Origin: Bipalium vagum
Lineage: Eukaryota
Assembly: GCA_037834085.1 (NCBI GenBank)
Contig: JBBMKC010251340.1
Coordinates: 1 to 42,583, forward strand
Direction: 5' to 3'
Length of the DNA: 42,583 nt
Position numbers and translations under genes: made by a program. How positions within the stretch are numbered: position 1 is the first letter of the stretch; the number at the start of each line of letters is the position of its first letter. The notes beneath the pieces are model-generated. The model searched no databases and was not told the origin of the DNA. It saw only the letters and a program-made list of their open reading frames with translations. Of the stretch, positions 24,128 through 37,949 are shown piece after piece.

Positions 24128-25894
24128 ACAAAATTTTCTCGTTATCTTAAAAAATAATTTTTACATATAATTGTGATGGAAACTCGATATTTTTGAATAG
24201 TTTTATTTTCTTTATTTTATTTTATTTTTTTATTCAGTATTAATAAGAAATTCTTTCGCTTCAAAAATAATAAATTTATGAAAGTAATATTATTCCGAAA
24301 TAGAAAAGTTTTAACAAGAAAATTTATCTCATTATATAAAAAAAGTAGAATTTTCCAATTAAAAATTAATGAAAGAAACTTAAAATTTTTGTTATTGATC
24401 AAGGTATCATTATGAAATAATTTTGTTGATAATATTTATCTGAATAGTTAAAAATGATATGTAAAAGCAATGAAATGAAATAATAAAAACGTAAATTATT
24501 ATTAAAGTTGAGTAGGAAATTTGTTTATTATTTTATTAATCAATTAATTGACTAATAATAATTTTTCTATATTTAATAAATAATAATAATAATTTTAATA
24601 TATTTAGAATTTATTTTTATTTAATCTTTTTTCGTTTTCAATCTCTTTACTGAGCTAAAATAATACCTAAAAAAATAAAAATCTTTTTTTTCAAAAATTT
24701 CACAAAATATCGATTATATTTTTAAAAATTAAATTTTATTTTATGAAAAAAAAAGTTCTTTTTTATTTAAAAAGTGAATAATATCCACATGTATTAATAT
24801 ATATGATAGTAATGAATAATAATAATTTAATCTATAATTTTAAAGAATTCTAATTAAAACCCACTGAGAATGAATGTGAGATAAAGGAAAGTAAGGGCAC
24901 GTTTCCTGGGATATATTTTTGCCAGCCAGACATTAGGGTAATTATTAATTCAAGACAAATTCGCATATTTTCGTATATTTAATATTAGCTATAGAAATTG
25001 TTTGAATTATTATAAATATTATATTATTCTTAATATAGCTGCTCTATTTTTTCTTTATAAATATTATTTATCGTTCTTTTAAATGAAGATGAATAAAAAT
25101 GTCAAATATTCATCCTCTTATTTTACAGAAAATTTACTGTTAAAGAGTAACATATTTTTTGTTAATGTTAATTTTATATATTTAAATATTTATTATTTAA
25201 CAGATCAAGCTCTAAATTTTAATAAAAATATAAAAATAGAATTTAAAAATTAATTAAATTAATATTTTTAAATTATTTTCAATAATTATGAAAATTATAA
25301 TTATAATTATTTTGATTTAAAGTTATAAATAATAAAAAATAAATAAAAAATTTTTTTCATTTGGAATTTTTATTTCAATTGAATATTGTTATAATTTATT
25401 TCTTAAAATATTAAAATTATTTTCCAACATTGTAATTAATAATAAATTAAAATTTTATTTCCAAATTTATAGCTCTATTTTATTTTTTTTCAAAATTAAC
25501 AAATTAAAAAATTTAAGAAAAAATCAAAAATTTTCAGAAATTCCTTGTGAAAGTCATCTGAAAATGAATTAGTGAATATTGAAAATCGAATTTTCAACCA
25601 ACGAAAGATGAAGTAATAAAAAAATATTTTAATTATTTAATCAATTGATTTATTAGTTAAATCAAAATAAAAAATATATTATATTATTAAAATAATACCT
25701 TTTTTTAAATGAGAATAAATTTAAAAGTAACCAATCCTGAAAAATAAATAAATATTTTTAGTATAAAATCCCTTGTTTATAATATTTGAATGCTGTGCTA
25801 TCTTTCCACGATTTCCCAATGTTAATATCAATTATTATAAGCAAATATCTTTAAGTATAATTCAATTAGAATAAATATTTAAAACATTAGTGAT

Positions 25895-26005
25895 TGTAAA
25901 CAAGGATAACGTCATGGCTACATCGAGAAACTTTGAAAATCGTAAATCATTGTATTCAACAACTAAAGCAACAATAACGACTTGTCTTTTCACACTTTAT
26001 GTCAT
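25895..26005 (-). mobile_element. Possible maT/DD37D-like transposase N-terminal relic
   Basis: VKRQVVIVALVVEYNDLRFSKFLDVAM resembles KR.AIIVA..A...D.EIA.FL.VAR N-termini. The match is short. Confidence 0.3.
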
Positions 26006-26382
26006 GTTAAAAGACTTATTTTCCATTTCCAAAATAGAAAATAAAAATAATTAAAAATTTTAATATCAAATATTAAGATCGATTTTTCTGCCACTCAAAT
26101 AAATGTAATATATTAAAACAAATCTTTGTTCTCAAATTGCTGATGCTGATATCAATAACTTTTTTTATTTCAAAATATACTTTTGAAATTACTGAATGTC
26201 CTATTTCTTATTATTTAACATTATTTTAAAGTCGATAAGAAGGGGTGAAATTAAAGTAGATGATTTTTTAATAGAGGGAAAATAAAATAGATGATTAATT
26301 ATTGTGCAATCAATAGTAAATGATATTATAATGCAATCCGGATGAATTTAAATATATATATGTCCTGCGTTGATATTCAGAC

Positions 26383-26600
26383 ATGGAATTGGAAAAAATA
26401 AGTAGCATAATAAGTGGCACTCTTATCCAAGTAATTTCATGGTTTAGGGAGCACGGGCTGATGCCAGCCATAGATGATTGTGATTTTTGTCAGAAACCAA
26501 TGATACAAGAAATAAGGACCAATTAGCATGGCGTTTTATGCAGGTTACATGCAAGAATTATAAAAAGTATATATCTAAGATTTTTTTCAAACTGGAAATT
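26383..26600 (+). mobile_element. Merlin (IS1016/ISXO2-like) transposase N-terminal zinc-finger relic
   Basis: MELEKISSIISGTLIQVISWFREHGLMPAIDDCDFCQKPM, then after a frameshift RNKDQLAWRFMQVTCKNYKKYIS. This matches the W....GL.....C..C...M...D..AWRC....C......SIR..SFF pattern. Confidence 0.65.
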
Positions 26601-26879
26601 TGTAATTAAGAAAAATTATAATTATTTATATTATTATTAGTTATTTGATGAAAATTGTTTTGATCTTTTTTGGAATTTATTTCACAACAAAATTAAGCCT
26701 AAAATATTCAAATCTTTTTATTTCTAACTTATAAGCTATACATATAAGAATATTTTAATAAATTTAACATTGTCCCGGAGTTGAATTGTTGTCATGAAGA
26801 ATTGTGGAGAAATATTGTCAAATATCATATTAGATCAGATTGCTTGAAATAAATGTGTATAGAAAAGCATGCATAGATA

Positions 26880-26950
26880 TCAATTGCGAGTCATGTAACC
26901 ACGTCTTACGAGATGATCTTGGATTCTTCTTGGCATACTATTAATTCGAA
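26880..26950 (-). mobile_element. Tc1 transposase C-terminal relic
   Basis: INSMPRRIQDHLVRRGYMTRN* matches the Tc1 end motif I.SMPRR..AVI...G..TKY*. Confidence 0.6.
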
Positions 26951-28449
26951 GACTTATTTCTCTTTAGCTATTTAATAATATATTTATTGAAGCTGATTTT
27001 TTAATTCAACTATTGTTTTATGAGTACCAAGTGAAGGCCGTAAATAAAGAATAATGAGTACTTTTTATCAAACTCGAATTAAAATTTTTTACTTATACTT
27101 AAATGATGCACATAAGAAATGGATTAAATTAGATTGATTAAACAACAGATTCAATAATTCCGAAAGTTTTTAATGAAAATGAATAGATATTTTTTCTGAA
27201 ATAAAAACTATTTCCATTTAGATAGACCATCAATTTAATAACATATTTAATTGTTCTTATCTTTAACATTTTAATTATTTTTTGCTAAGCCATGTTAAAA
27301 ATACGATGTAACATAAAGAAGAAATGAAATTGATTTATTTTAATGAGAAAAAATTGTAAAAACTGAGATTATTCCATGTATATCTTATTCTATGGCATGT
27401 TAAATGCCATGCTTCGAAAATTAATCAAAATTAGAATTTCTCTAAGATGAATGTCAATCTTCTTTCACAAAATGATAAAATATATTTCGATAATTTTTGA
27501 TAACTTTATACATGTGTACACGTGTAACGCAATATTGAAATAATAAAAATGACTTAATAAATTATAATAAAAGGAGAACTACTGTAAATTTCAAATGAAC
27601 AAAATATCGTTCAAAAAATCTTTTATTTATTTAATTTTATTTTAAAAATAAATAAAAATGGCAAACTTTTCCAGGAATCCACTTATGTTTGCTTTATTAA
27701 AACTCTAAAGTCAATGGAAAACCTCCAAAGACATGAGAAAGGGACAAAACCAGTCTCAATGCAGACAAAATCATGCAAATAATACATTATATATAAAATC
27801 TTGCTTCTCAAAATCAAACCACGGATTCATTACTTTTATTTTTTCGTAATTCTTATGTAACAGAAATTTATTTATTTATTTTTTCTTATTTTCACCAAAT
27901 AAAAACTGTCTCGAAAAGTTAAAAGGAAATCACATATAATTTATATATTCTATCATCTTTTCATTATAAAATGTGACGACATCCACTGGAAATGTCTTAT
28001 ATCATGTTAACCTATATTTTCTAAATTTCTGTCAATTATCCACCAGTCTCATCTTTGCACGTAATGTTCATTTTAATCAAAGGATTTTTCTGAATTTTAT
28101 TTTGAATAACTAATTAATTTAATAAAATATTTCAAATTAATAAACGATATTTTAAATATTTCTGATTATATAAAATAAATTAAATATAACAGAAAAATTT
28201 ATTTTATTATTATTATTATAGAAAGATTTATTTTAGTAAATAAATATTACATATTATATAATATTTATTATATATTATGTATTGTATAATAATATAAAAA
28301 TATTGTTATATAAAAATATTTATTATACATTATATTTATTAATGTCCCAAAATTCATTAGCAATATCTATGATAAAAATTTTATAATTTAGAAAAAAATA
28401 TCATTAATTATTTTTGATGAAGAACTAGTAAACCATTTTCCGTTTTATT

Positions 28450-28722
28450 TTACTCGACTTGTTTGCCATCAAGGTCAATACATTCGACAAGGCAATCAAT
28501 AAAAGCATTCTTAGCATTTTGACATAATTTTTCTAATTGCTGTAGATTCTTTGGATGGTGTATATAAACATCATTCTTTAAATAGCACCAATGAAAACAT
28601 GCTAGTGGAGTTAAATTAGGAGATCTTACTGGCTAAGATAGTGTGCCACCACGACCAATCCATGTTTTGTTAAAGTTTTGATTTATGGAATATCGCACAA
28701 AAGGCGCGAAATGTGGTGTACA
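28450..28722 (-). mobile_element. rosa/DD41D-like (Tc1-mariner) transposase C-terminal relic
   Basis: PHFAPFVRYSINQNFNKTWIGRGGTLS*PVRSPNLTPLACFHWCYLKNDVYIHHPKNLQQL...CIDLDGKQVE* matches WIGRGG...WP.RSPDLTPLDFFLWGYLK..VY...P. The third Asp is lost. Confidence 0.85.
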
Positions 28723-31500
28723 TTTCAAAGTTATTACTAAATTACAACCTTAATAAATAAAAAAATAATAATTATAAAAAGTTATTATGGCCTTACTATA
28801 ATATAAATTAATAAATAATTTGAAATGATTTAATTGGTTATTAATATTAAAAAAATAATTTTGATTTTCAATGCATTTAATCACTTATAAAGAACCAGAT
28901 ATCTTTTTAAAATTTAAAATATTTTAGAAAATAAAAATAATATTCCTTAAGCGCATTTCTCAGGAGAAAATTTTTAAAACACCCATTAGTATAATCCATA
29001 CAAAAATAAAAATGAAAAAAGTGCCCCATAAAATTGTTCGAAAGACGTAAATGTTTAGTACATAAAAATATAATTTTTTAAGTAATTAAATTTATTTCAC
29101 AATGGAAAAAATTTCTAATCCATTTCAAAACACTGTCCATTGAAGACAAGAAATAACAACATTCTCTGCAAATTCATCAATCACTTCACATCTCTCAGTC
29201 CAAAATTTTCTTCGGGAAAATATAGTACTGCTTGGGCATTGGTTCTGAAATCACATTTCAAAAACTCCCTATTATGGACAGAATGAATTTTTCTTTCTTT
29301 CATCAAACGGGAATTAAGTATATATGTGAAAATTAGACGCTATTGTATCAGTTATTTTATATTACTAATAAACGTTTCTGGAAAATAAGAAGTAATTTCT
29401 CAGGATATTTGAGAAGTATAATATAGTTTTTCGGTTTTTGGTTTTTCCTTGATTTAGTCTTATATCCATTTCAGAACTTTGTCGGAAAGTTTTTCAAATC
29501 TATTATTTGCAGATACATGATTAATTTAAGGAAAATTTTCTACGTCATTTATCATTTAATTTCTTTCACTAAAGCTTATATCTCAGAATATTATTGAACT
29601 TTAAAGATCATTGGGTAATATTTTGAAAAAATGCTTGTGACTTATACATAATAATATTAATAAATTGGGAACATATTGTTTGTTCTCATCACAAATAAAG
29701 TGAATAATCAAATTAAAAAAATTTGAGAAATTAAAATTTCGTCACAAAGACTGAATTGAATCAACCAATAAAAATTGAAATAAATAGAATCAAACAATTA
29801 CAGAAATAGAAACATCTTTTAAAACATGCTAATCAGTAAACTCATCAAGGAAATATTTTTTGGTTACAATGTTAAAAAAACCTCAATATCTCAAAATAAA
29901 TTATTCATAGAACTGGAATTTCGACGAATTTTATTGGATCTTTATTATCCTGTCTAAAAATGTGTTTAATTTATTATTATTTTTATATATTCGTAATTCA
30001 GTTTTAAATAATTTTTCAAAATGGACAAATAACTTCTGGATTGAAAAAATTTCCTGCATTTCAGATAAGATACCGGGTATATTTCATATTATTAGTTTTG
30101 TTAACTATTTCCCTCAAATGTAACGTATCATATATGATATGTTGTACAAATCTTATGAATCTTCGATGAAAAAAGTCTGAGAAATGGGAAGAAAATGTTA
30201 AATTATTTTTTTAGAAAAATTAATCATCTCATATCAATATTAAAATAAAAGAAAAATATTTTTAAAATAAAATTTGGGTATCCGAAAAGTCTTCATGTTT
30301 TTCTTTACCATAAAACCTATTTATTGTAACTTATTTATTGATCAGTTTGTTTAACAATAAACCTCTCATAATTTACCAATTTTGAACTCTTCCATTGCAA
30401 GCTATTATTTAATTTTGATATTTTTATTTTTGGTGCAAACCAGGTTTTCATATTATTGAGCTGTTGTAACATTATTGTAAAAAATCAATTTTTCATGACC
30501 GGTTATCAGGTTTTTCAAAAATAGATTGATTTTATTACTTTAAGGAACATGTTATAAAAACTGATTTTCTTTTAATTAAAGGATTTTCCTTCAGTTTATG
30601 TTGAATCTAAATATTAAAACCGCTCTTTCAACTTCTTGTAATCTTCGTAAATCGTTTTTCTTTATTATTTTGTTGTACTTGATTTTATTTTATATTCGTA
30701 TTATATTTTTGTTTTACTGTTAATTTTAATAACTTTTAAGTCGAAACAGAAAACTAGAACTTCAGGACTTAGATATAAAAGAATTATAAAATCAATTTCT
30801 AGTAAGGTATGGTTCTAGAGTTTCTATATCCATTTGAGATAAAAAGAAGAAGTGACACTGTCAAAAACCCAACCATTAATGAAATCAGTAAATGATTTCA
30901 GAATTATACTAAATAATAATTATTATCATTTAGTTACGATAATTAAATTTAAAACAAAACTTGTTGACTTTATAAAGAATATTCCATTTACTTTATAATG
31001 AGAGTTGACATTTAAACAACTTCACAGATATTTAATCTCTTGAAAGAATATTAAAACAAATAAGATTGTGTAGTGATATTAATCTTATTTCGGAAAATTG
31101 AATGATTTAAACAACAAATCTAATAAGGGAATTGTACTTTTAAATGTAATTGAGAGATTAATAAAACACTTTTAAAAGGATTATACTTTTACCCTCCCTT
31201 TTCATAAGAATTATTTTTGCAACATTTTGTTGTTCATTGATTCAATATTTTAAAAATATTATTTTATGCTAATTATAATAATTTTACTTACTTTAAATTA
31301 TAAATATATTAAGAAATATTTAATTTTTCGTTACTACATTTAATATCTCGAAGTCGACTTTTTTTTAAAAGATTATAAAAAACACAAAAATTATTTTTCA
31401 TGCAAGTTTTCTGATAAAGGTTAATATCAGGAAACTTCATTAAAATTAATTTTTATATATAATGTAAATCGATATAATAATAATAATTTAATTTAATAGA

Positions 31501-31746
31501 TTAGGTTGCTTAGAAATGAATGTCGGTTTTATAAATTTATTTTATTTAACTTTAGTTTACCATAATTTTGTGTTGTTTTAATATATTTGATATATCATTT
31601 TAAGCGTGAAATTTAAATTATATTTTGTAAGCATTTCGTAATTATTTAATTTTAAATAACGTTATTATTAATGTTTTAAGATAACATGGAAAATAATCAA
31701 TTATGTACTATTTACTTATATGAATTTAAGCTGAGTCACAACCTAA
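31501..31746 (+). mobile_element. 246-bp mariner deletion derivative (left TIR, transposase start, tip of right TIR)
   Basis: Left TIR TTAGGTTGCTTAGAAATGAATGTCGGTTTT. ATG at 31686 begins MENNQLCTIYLYEFKLSHN. The element ends CAACCTAA-TA, the exact complement of the first 8 nt of the left TIR. Confidence 0.7.
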
Positions 31747-32369
31747 TAATTTCTGATTTTTATTTAATTATTTTTTTTATTTAAATAATTTTAATTATTT
31801 ATGTCTTATTTTTATTTAAATAATTTTTTTTATTTTTTTTTTAATTTAATTTATGATTTTTATTTTATTTTTATATAAAGAATTTCAAGCATCAATGATG
31901 GTTTCATAAAAGATAATTTTATTGTCCTTAATAAATTGAAATTTTATTTTTTATTTTAAAATTATTATTGCTATTTGGAAACTTAATAATGAATTAATGA
32001 CAGAAATTTGATCAGAATTTTTCAATGAAAATTATCGGAAAAATAATTTTTTGAGAATTATTAATAACACTTTAAAAGTTCAACAAATAATTGAAAAAAA
32101 ATTTTTTCGAATAATATTTCAGTAAAATTTTATTCAATAATGGTCACATATTCTTAAAGTAACATCAGTGTAAAATAGTATAAATAATGAAGGAGGAGCT
32201 TTAAATATTCCAAAGAACAATATTCGTAATTGAGCTTCACTGATGCGAAAACATCGGACTACGAATACTGAGATATTAATTGATTTTTTCTAGAAAATCT
32301 TAAAAATTTATGAGAATAATTTTCCCTTTTCTCTTTTCTTCTTTTTTATTTATCAAAGCTTTGACCTGC

Positions 32370-32640
32370 TTTATTTTTATCCGGTGCTTTCTCATTATAA
32401 TCGATATATAATATTGTGGTTGGATTGATGAAAATGTAAAGCTTATATTTCCAATTTGTTCCATAGAATGAAGTTGGGCTATTGTATTGATTGAAATCTG
32501 CAGATGTCGGGATATACGGTAAGTGGTGAAATGTTTTTGGTCGTTTTAACCAAAGATATGTCAACAAAATTGAATTTGAAGATTGTAATCACTTAGCATG
32601 ATATTAATTTCAACAAGATGCTCCAAGATGACATAGTAGT
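32370..32640 (+). mobile_element. Possible rosa/Tc1-like catalytic relic
   Basis: TVSGEMFLVVL (like TV.GE.YL.ML) and FQQDAPR*H (like FQQDGAPPH). Confidence 0.35.
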
Positions 32641-32649
32641 TTTGTGATC

Positions 32650-33230
32650 ATGAGACAGATCCAGGACAAACTATTCGAGAACTTGCTGAAAGGTTCATCA
32701 AATGGATTCATGTGACCATAACAGATTATTTGCACTCAATTAGCAAAATAAATAGAAGTGAAAAATATCACATCAACTTAGTCTTGAAAACATGTTAGTA
32801 TGTGTTAGCCTGAATCAAATGTTATTCAAGAATATTGCTTTTATTAAAGCAATCCTTACATCGAATGAGAAGTGAATATATTTCGATATCAGTTTTCGAC
32901 AAATGTTGTTCAAGAAACATTAGAGGTTGCTTGGAGATTTCTGCCTCATCCACCATATAATTCTGATTTGGCCTCATTGGACTACCACTTATTTAGATCA
33001 ATGCATTCGGATAATTTTTACAATTATGTAGACATCAGACTTTGGGTATCCGTACTTCCTATCTCAGAAAAGCGAATTCTTCCAGAATGGCATTTGCTCT
33101 CTTCGTGAACGATGGCGAAAGGTCATATACATTAGTGGAGATAATCTTTAATATTAATAGAAATATTTGTTGGTTTCGGTTTAAAAATTCGTTTTTTAAC
33201 AAAAACCACATTTCTAACTTACCAACCTAA
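32650..33230 (+). mobile_element. Internally deleted mariner relic with right TIR
   Basis: Peptides ETDPGQTIRELAERF..IHVTITDYLHSISK; LPHPPYNSDLASLDYHLFRSMH; EFFQNGI..LRERWRKVIYISGD. The right TIR at 33201-33230 has reverse complement TTAGGTTGGTAAGTTAGAAATGTGGTTTTT. Confidence 0.85.
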
Positions 33231-33822
33231 CACATCAAACATTGTCTATATATCCTGAACAAATGACTTTAACTCATTAAATCAAATGAAATTTAAAAAT
33301 AGGATGCTTGTCCCATAGGCTGTAGAAATTCTGGAAATATTTAGCGAAACAAATAATGATAAGTTATATGTTATCTATTTTTATTATTAGAATTTTGTTA
33401 TTAATATATTTATAAAGTACGAAAAATATAAATGAAATGGAAAATAGGATGTGGGATTTCAGTTGATAAACAAGTCTATCAAATCAAAATAACATTATTC
33501 AGTTTTCATTCATATTTAGACATTTTCCAAGATTTTCAAAAGAAAAAAGAAATGAAAAAGATAAAAAAATATTTTAATATTTCATAAATAAATTTTTTCC
33601 ACTCGAACATTTTTCGATTATTTTTAGAACTGATTTTCCAAATAAAATTGTGGTTTATTTTTAGTTTTATATTTATTTATTATAATTAAATTTAAAATTT
33701 ATCATTGCATTAATAATAATTTTATTATTAAATTATTATTTTTATTTCATAAAAATCGTAACGAATATTTCGTCTTCTGGAACAAGCCTTTATTAAGTTT
33801 GTTATATTAACCATTTATGTAT

Positions 33823-33990
33823 TTAATCAACCAAAGAAACCCTCTCATGAGGTACATTGAGTACTATGCCAGTTGTCTCAATTTTCTGAATAAGTTTGGT
33901 TACTGCCGAGGAGGTAAATGCGTTTTTCATTAAATTTCTTTCTCTTGATTTCGCTAACTGCAGTTGAAGAAAAATTTGAAATTGCGTCGA
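33823..33990 (-). mobile_element. rosa/DD41D-like N-terminal HTH (DUF4817-like) relic
   Basis: NAFTSSAVTKLIQKIETTGIVLNVP resembles AP....I..L..KFETTGSV.D. Confidence 0.5.
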
Positions 33991-36053
33991 ATTTAATAAC
34001 ATCAAATGATGTCAATTTTCAAATTGAGATTCATATACATATCCATCATATTTTTAATAATTATATTATTTAAACAAAATCTATTTTAATCTATTTAAAA
34101 TAATTTTTTAAAATTTAAATAAAAAAGAGTTTGCTAAAAAATTGATAGGCAAAACAAAGGTTTCCTTGGTTTTCGAACAACTTGTATATTAAAATCCAAT
34201 GGTTTGATCAAGTTAATCTTTAAATACATTTGTTTATGACTCAATAAATTATTTTAAAAAGAAATTTACTCGTATGGATTCCAAACCGACAGATATTAAT
34301 AGTCGTTATAGAAACTCTAAATATTGCACAATTTATAATTCATAAAAAATCCAAGATTGCAATAAAACTGAATTATATTTCCCAATGTACCTTAAAGCAA
34401 TAATACCGAAAAATTATTTTTCTTTTCACTTTTTCAAAATCAATTCATCTCAACTACAATATAACGGAGGAAAATTGATTTTCAAGATTATATTCATCCT
34501 CTGTCTGATTTCGTTTATTTTTCCATTTTCTACCTTGGAGAGGCAAATATTCACTTTCTGGACGGATAATTGGAAAATTGGAGATTGCTTTGATAAAGAA
34601 TTAATACCAAATATTTTTGCATAATCCCATAATTGATTTTCCAGAAAATTATTCCGAAGTCCCTAGTTTCCAGGTGAAAGTTTTCACGGTTTCATAATGC
34701 TATTATAACTCGTTTTTTATTAGTATTGATTCTTTTAGAAACCTTGATAACCCTGTTCTGATGAAATCAGCTTAATTTTATTTATTTTTAATTAAATATT
34801 GCAATTGTTTTAATGCAAAAAAAACTGATTGTTTTCTACATCCAAATTCTTTCATTTCTCTTATTTACTTGGGGAGGGGGTTATAAGATGAAATAATTAA
34901 ATTATATTTAAGCAAGACTCGATAAAAACTCGACCCTATAGGTTTATAATCTTATTTTTCTTAGATTTTTTCAGTATTAAAAATATAATTTTTTATTGTT
35001 TTTTATAAATATCAGAAATTATATATTTTTAAAAAATTATTGTAATATTAATATTACTCTTAAAAATTATATTAATTATTTTTAGATTGTTTATAATATT
35101 AATTTATAAAATAAAGACTTAGAACGATTAAAACAAAAATATGAAATTTATATAAATTATAAAACATTAATTTTTGTACGAATATTTAGTTTGAATTAAA
35201 TAAATAAAATTAATTAACAATAGAAAATTTTATGTTAATTCTGATTTGAAAAGTATGTTCAGGTTTTATATGGTAGAAAATATTAGATATTTTTAAAAAA
35301 TAAATTAAACGTATTATTAAATAAAATAAAAGGTGAACATTTAAACAAGCGAAAAAGGTTCATTACAAAATTATATTGATGTGATTTGATAAGTGAACCA
35401 GCTTCACCATAATCAGTAAAATTATGCAAGTATTTTATTATTATGCGCATCTTGATAAGGTTATTTATTGTAAAACAGATTCGATCAATGTAAAATGTGA
35501 TTTAATGATTATGTAATCATATTAAAGTCTTATTTTTATATTTTGCACTTAAATTCATGTAATAGAATAAGCTGGAGTTATAATAGTCGATAGTTACCAT
35601 ATGATATGTACATATATGTATGTATGATATATGATATGTACAATAATTATGTTTTATGTGTTAAGTAATATAAATAAAATGGACAATAATTTATATTTAT
35701 AGTTGGAATCCAAATTTTATGTACTTCATTTTATTTATTACAAAAGAATACCAATAAGACAGACAAGTATGAAAATCAATATTTTTTCTCAAATAAATTA
35801 ATTAATATTTTATTGAAATTTTTTATAAATCATTAAAAACGATTTAAGAGTGTTTATATCAATGTATAATAATTTTTTTAAAAATTGGGTTAATTTTTTA
35901 AAAATTAATGAACCGTTGGAATAAACAGTAGAAATCATATTATAGTGTTCTATACTTTATATATTATTATTAATAATTATATAAATACAATATAAATAAA
36001 AAAATATATTTATATTAATTATAATTAAGTATAATGTTATCATTTTGTAAATA

Positions 36054-37100
36054 TTAGATTAGTTAGAAAATAGTTGCTTTTTTATATATTTAACCTTGTC
36101 AAGAGAATTTCTGAAAAAAATATTTGTTTTAACGCATTAATTTATATTTAAAGCTCAGAAATTGTTTTACATTTCCAAAATAACAAATAATTGTACTGAA
36201 CAAGTTCAAGTTAGAAAATAATCCTGCGGAGACTATTCGTAAAATCAATGAACCATACAATATATATAGCAAAAGGTCGCATCACGCAAAACTGGTTCAA
36301 AATATTTATGAGTGGAAAAGAAGACACCAAAAATGATAAATACGGTGTTACTCAGCAATTGATAGTGGTGAATTAAAGATCTTGGTCAAAGGGGATTCAA
36401 GTACAAGGTCTCGAGAGTCAAAAATCACGAGTTAGTCACCCAACAATTATACACAACATCCAGCAACTTGGCAAAACATTGAATCTCGATAAATGGGTGC
36501 GTCAAGAATTAAAACATTTGTAGAAAAATCATCGCTATTAGGTTTCGCACTTTTTATTTGTCATCACAGTGGCGGGACATTGGTTAAACTCAACATCAAC
36601 TGCACCAAAACATCATAGTATCTATAGTCGGTCTGATTCACTACAGTGTCTTAAACTAAGGAAAAACTGAGACACCAGGAAGATGCTACCAAGTTGTTCA
36701 GGAAATTGCAAACTTTGTAAACTGAATTAATCAACAGAAAACATTCAATAATTTTTCAGGACAATGCCCGGACACATGTTGCAAAATAAATCTCTACCGA
36801 AGAGGATTAAATTAAGATCTGAAAATCTGCTTAATCCAGTAAACTCACCGGATTTGTCGCCCTATGAATATCATTTTTTAATCATTTTTCTAACTTACTG
36901 CAAATCTTCCACAACACCAGTGATGTACAAAATACCTGCCGAGGGTTTATCGATTCCAGAAAATCGAAGTTATTCCGCATTGGCAGAAATGTGTTATTTG
37001 TCATGGATCAAATTTTGAATAAAACACTTTCTTGTCTTCAGGGAATTTTTAATAATACATTTATCGGTTAAAAAACGCAATTATTTAATTACCAACCTTA
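36054..37100 (+). mobile_element. Near full-span decayed mariner (cecropia/Hsmar1-like)
   Basis: Degenerate TIRs: TTAGATTAGTTAGAAAATAGTTGCTTTT and right reverse complement TAAGGTTGGTAATTAAATAATTGCGTTTT. Peptides NPAETIRKIN; LDKWVRQEL; IFQDNARTH; NPVNSPDLSPYEYHF; HWQKCVICHGSNF. Many frameshifts. Confidence 0.85.
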
Positions 37101-37949
37101 CATATAATTTTTTTAAAAATAAAAAGAAAAATTGAACTCGATTAATTGAAAAGCTTTAAATCAGTGAGGGATGCTGAAAATAAACAATTGAATTAGGTTG
37201 TTCAAAAACAATAATGGTATTTTGTAAATCTCGTTGTTTTATCAATGATATTTCTGTGCCCAAATATGAATTTCAGCCAGTCTTACAATTCACTTTAACA
37301 GGGCCAAACAGAACCATTTCATCAAGACGAATATGAACAGCTTAATTTTCTGGATAGAAAGAAAAGAGTGAATATTTCAATATAGATTTTTCGCTTTGTT
37401 TTCTTGTTACTGAAAGAATCTGCTTGTTATACATATCCCCTCATTGATTTATACTGTTGCTATTAAGAACGAATAAAAGTAATCGCCATTCTTAATGAAG
37501 TAAAATGCAATGTACACATAACATATTGTTATGGCAAGACGTTAATGTTTTATATAAACGGTGTCAGAATAAAGACAATCGTGAAGAGACAATGACATGT
37601 AACAATTTACATCATTAAGGTTTAATTCAATTATTAATTACAACATCACCTATTGAAACCATTACTCTATCATACTCTATGAAGTCTTGATGAAACTGAT
37701 CATTTAAGTGTAATAACAGATTTTTATGATAAACAAGCCTAATGATTGACAGATGCATTTCAATATAATATAATATAATACTTAAAATGATACATGTATA
37801 TTATGTTTAGACTACATAAATCGTAAGCATTTATAATATACGTGGATATAATAGTTAGGTGGACTGTTGGGAATGTTTTGGACCTCATTACTTCCACTGC
37901 CTCAAGTGATGTCCTCGTTTCAGTAGTGTCATAATCGAAAAATCACATA

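Noticed and set aside
4266-34624. Remaining short ORF-track entries rich in I/F/L/N/K/Y (e.g. 4266, 9517, 10416, 11092, 13503, 15676, 24217)
   Set aside because: Composition is what AT-rich noncoding DNA or the antisense of relics produces. Many start at TTG or GTG, and none shows a domain.
35599-35642. Direct repeat ATATGATATGTACA x2
   Set aside because: Low-complexity slippage product with only two units and no array structure, so not CRISPR-like.
8690-37102. CA instead of TA flanking three mariner ends (8690, 33231, 37101)
   Set aside because: Three cases among old, diverged copies are compatible with ordinary substitution, and the best-preserved copies have TA.
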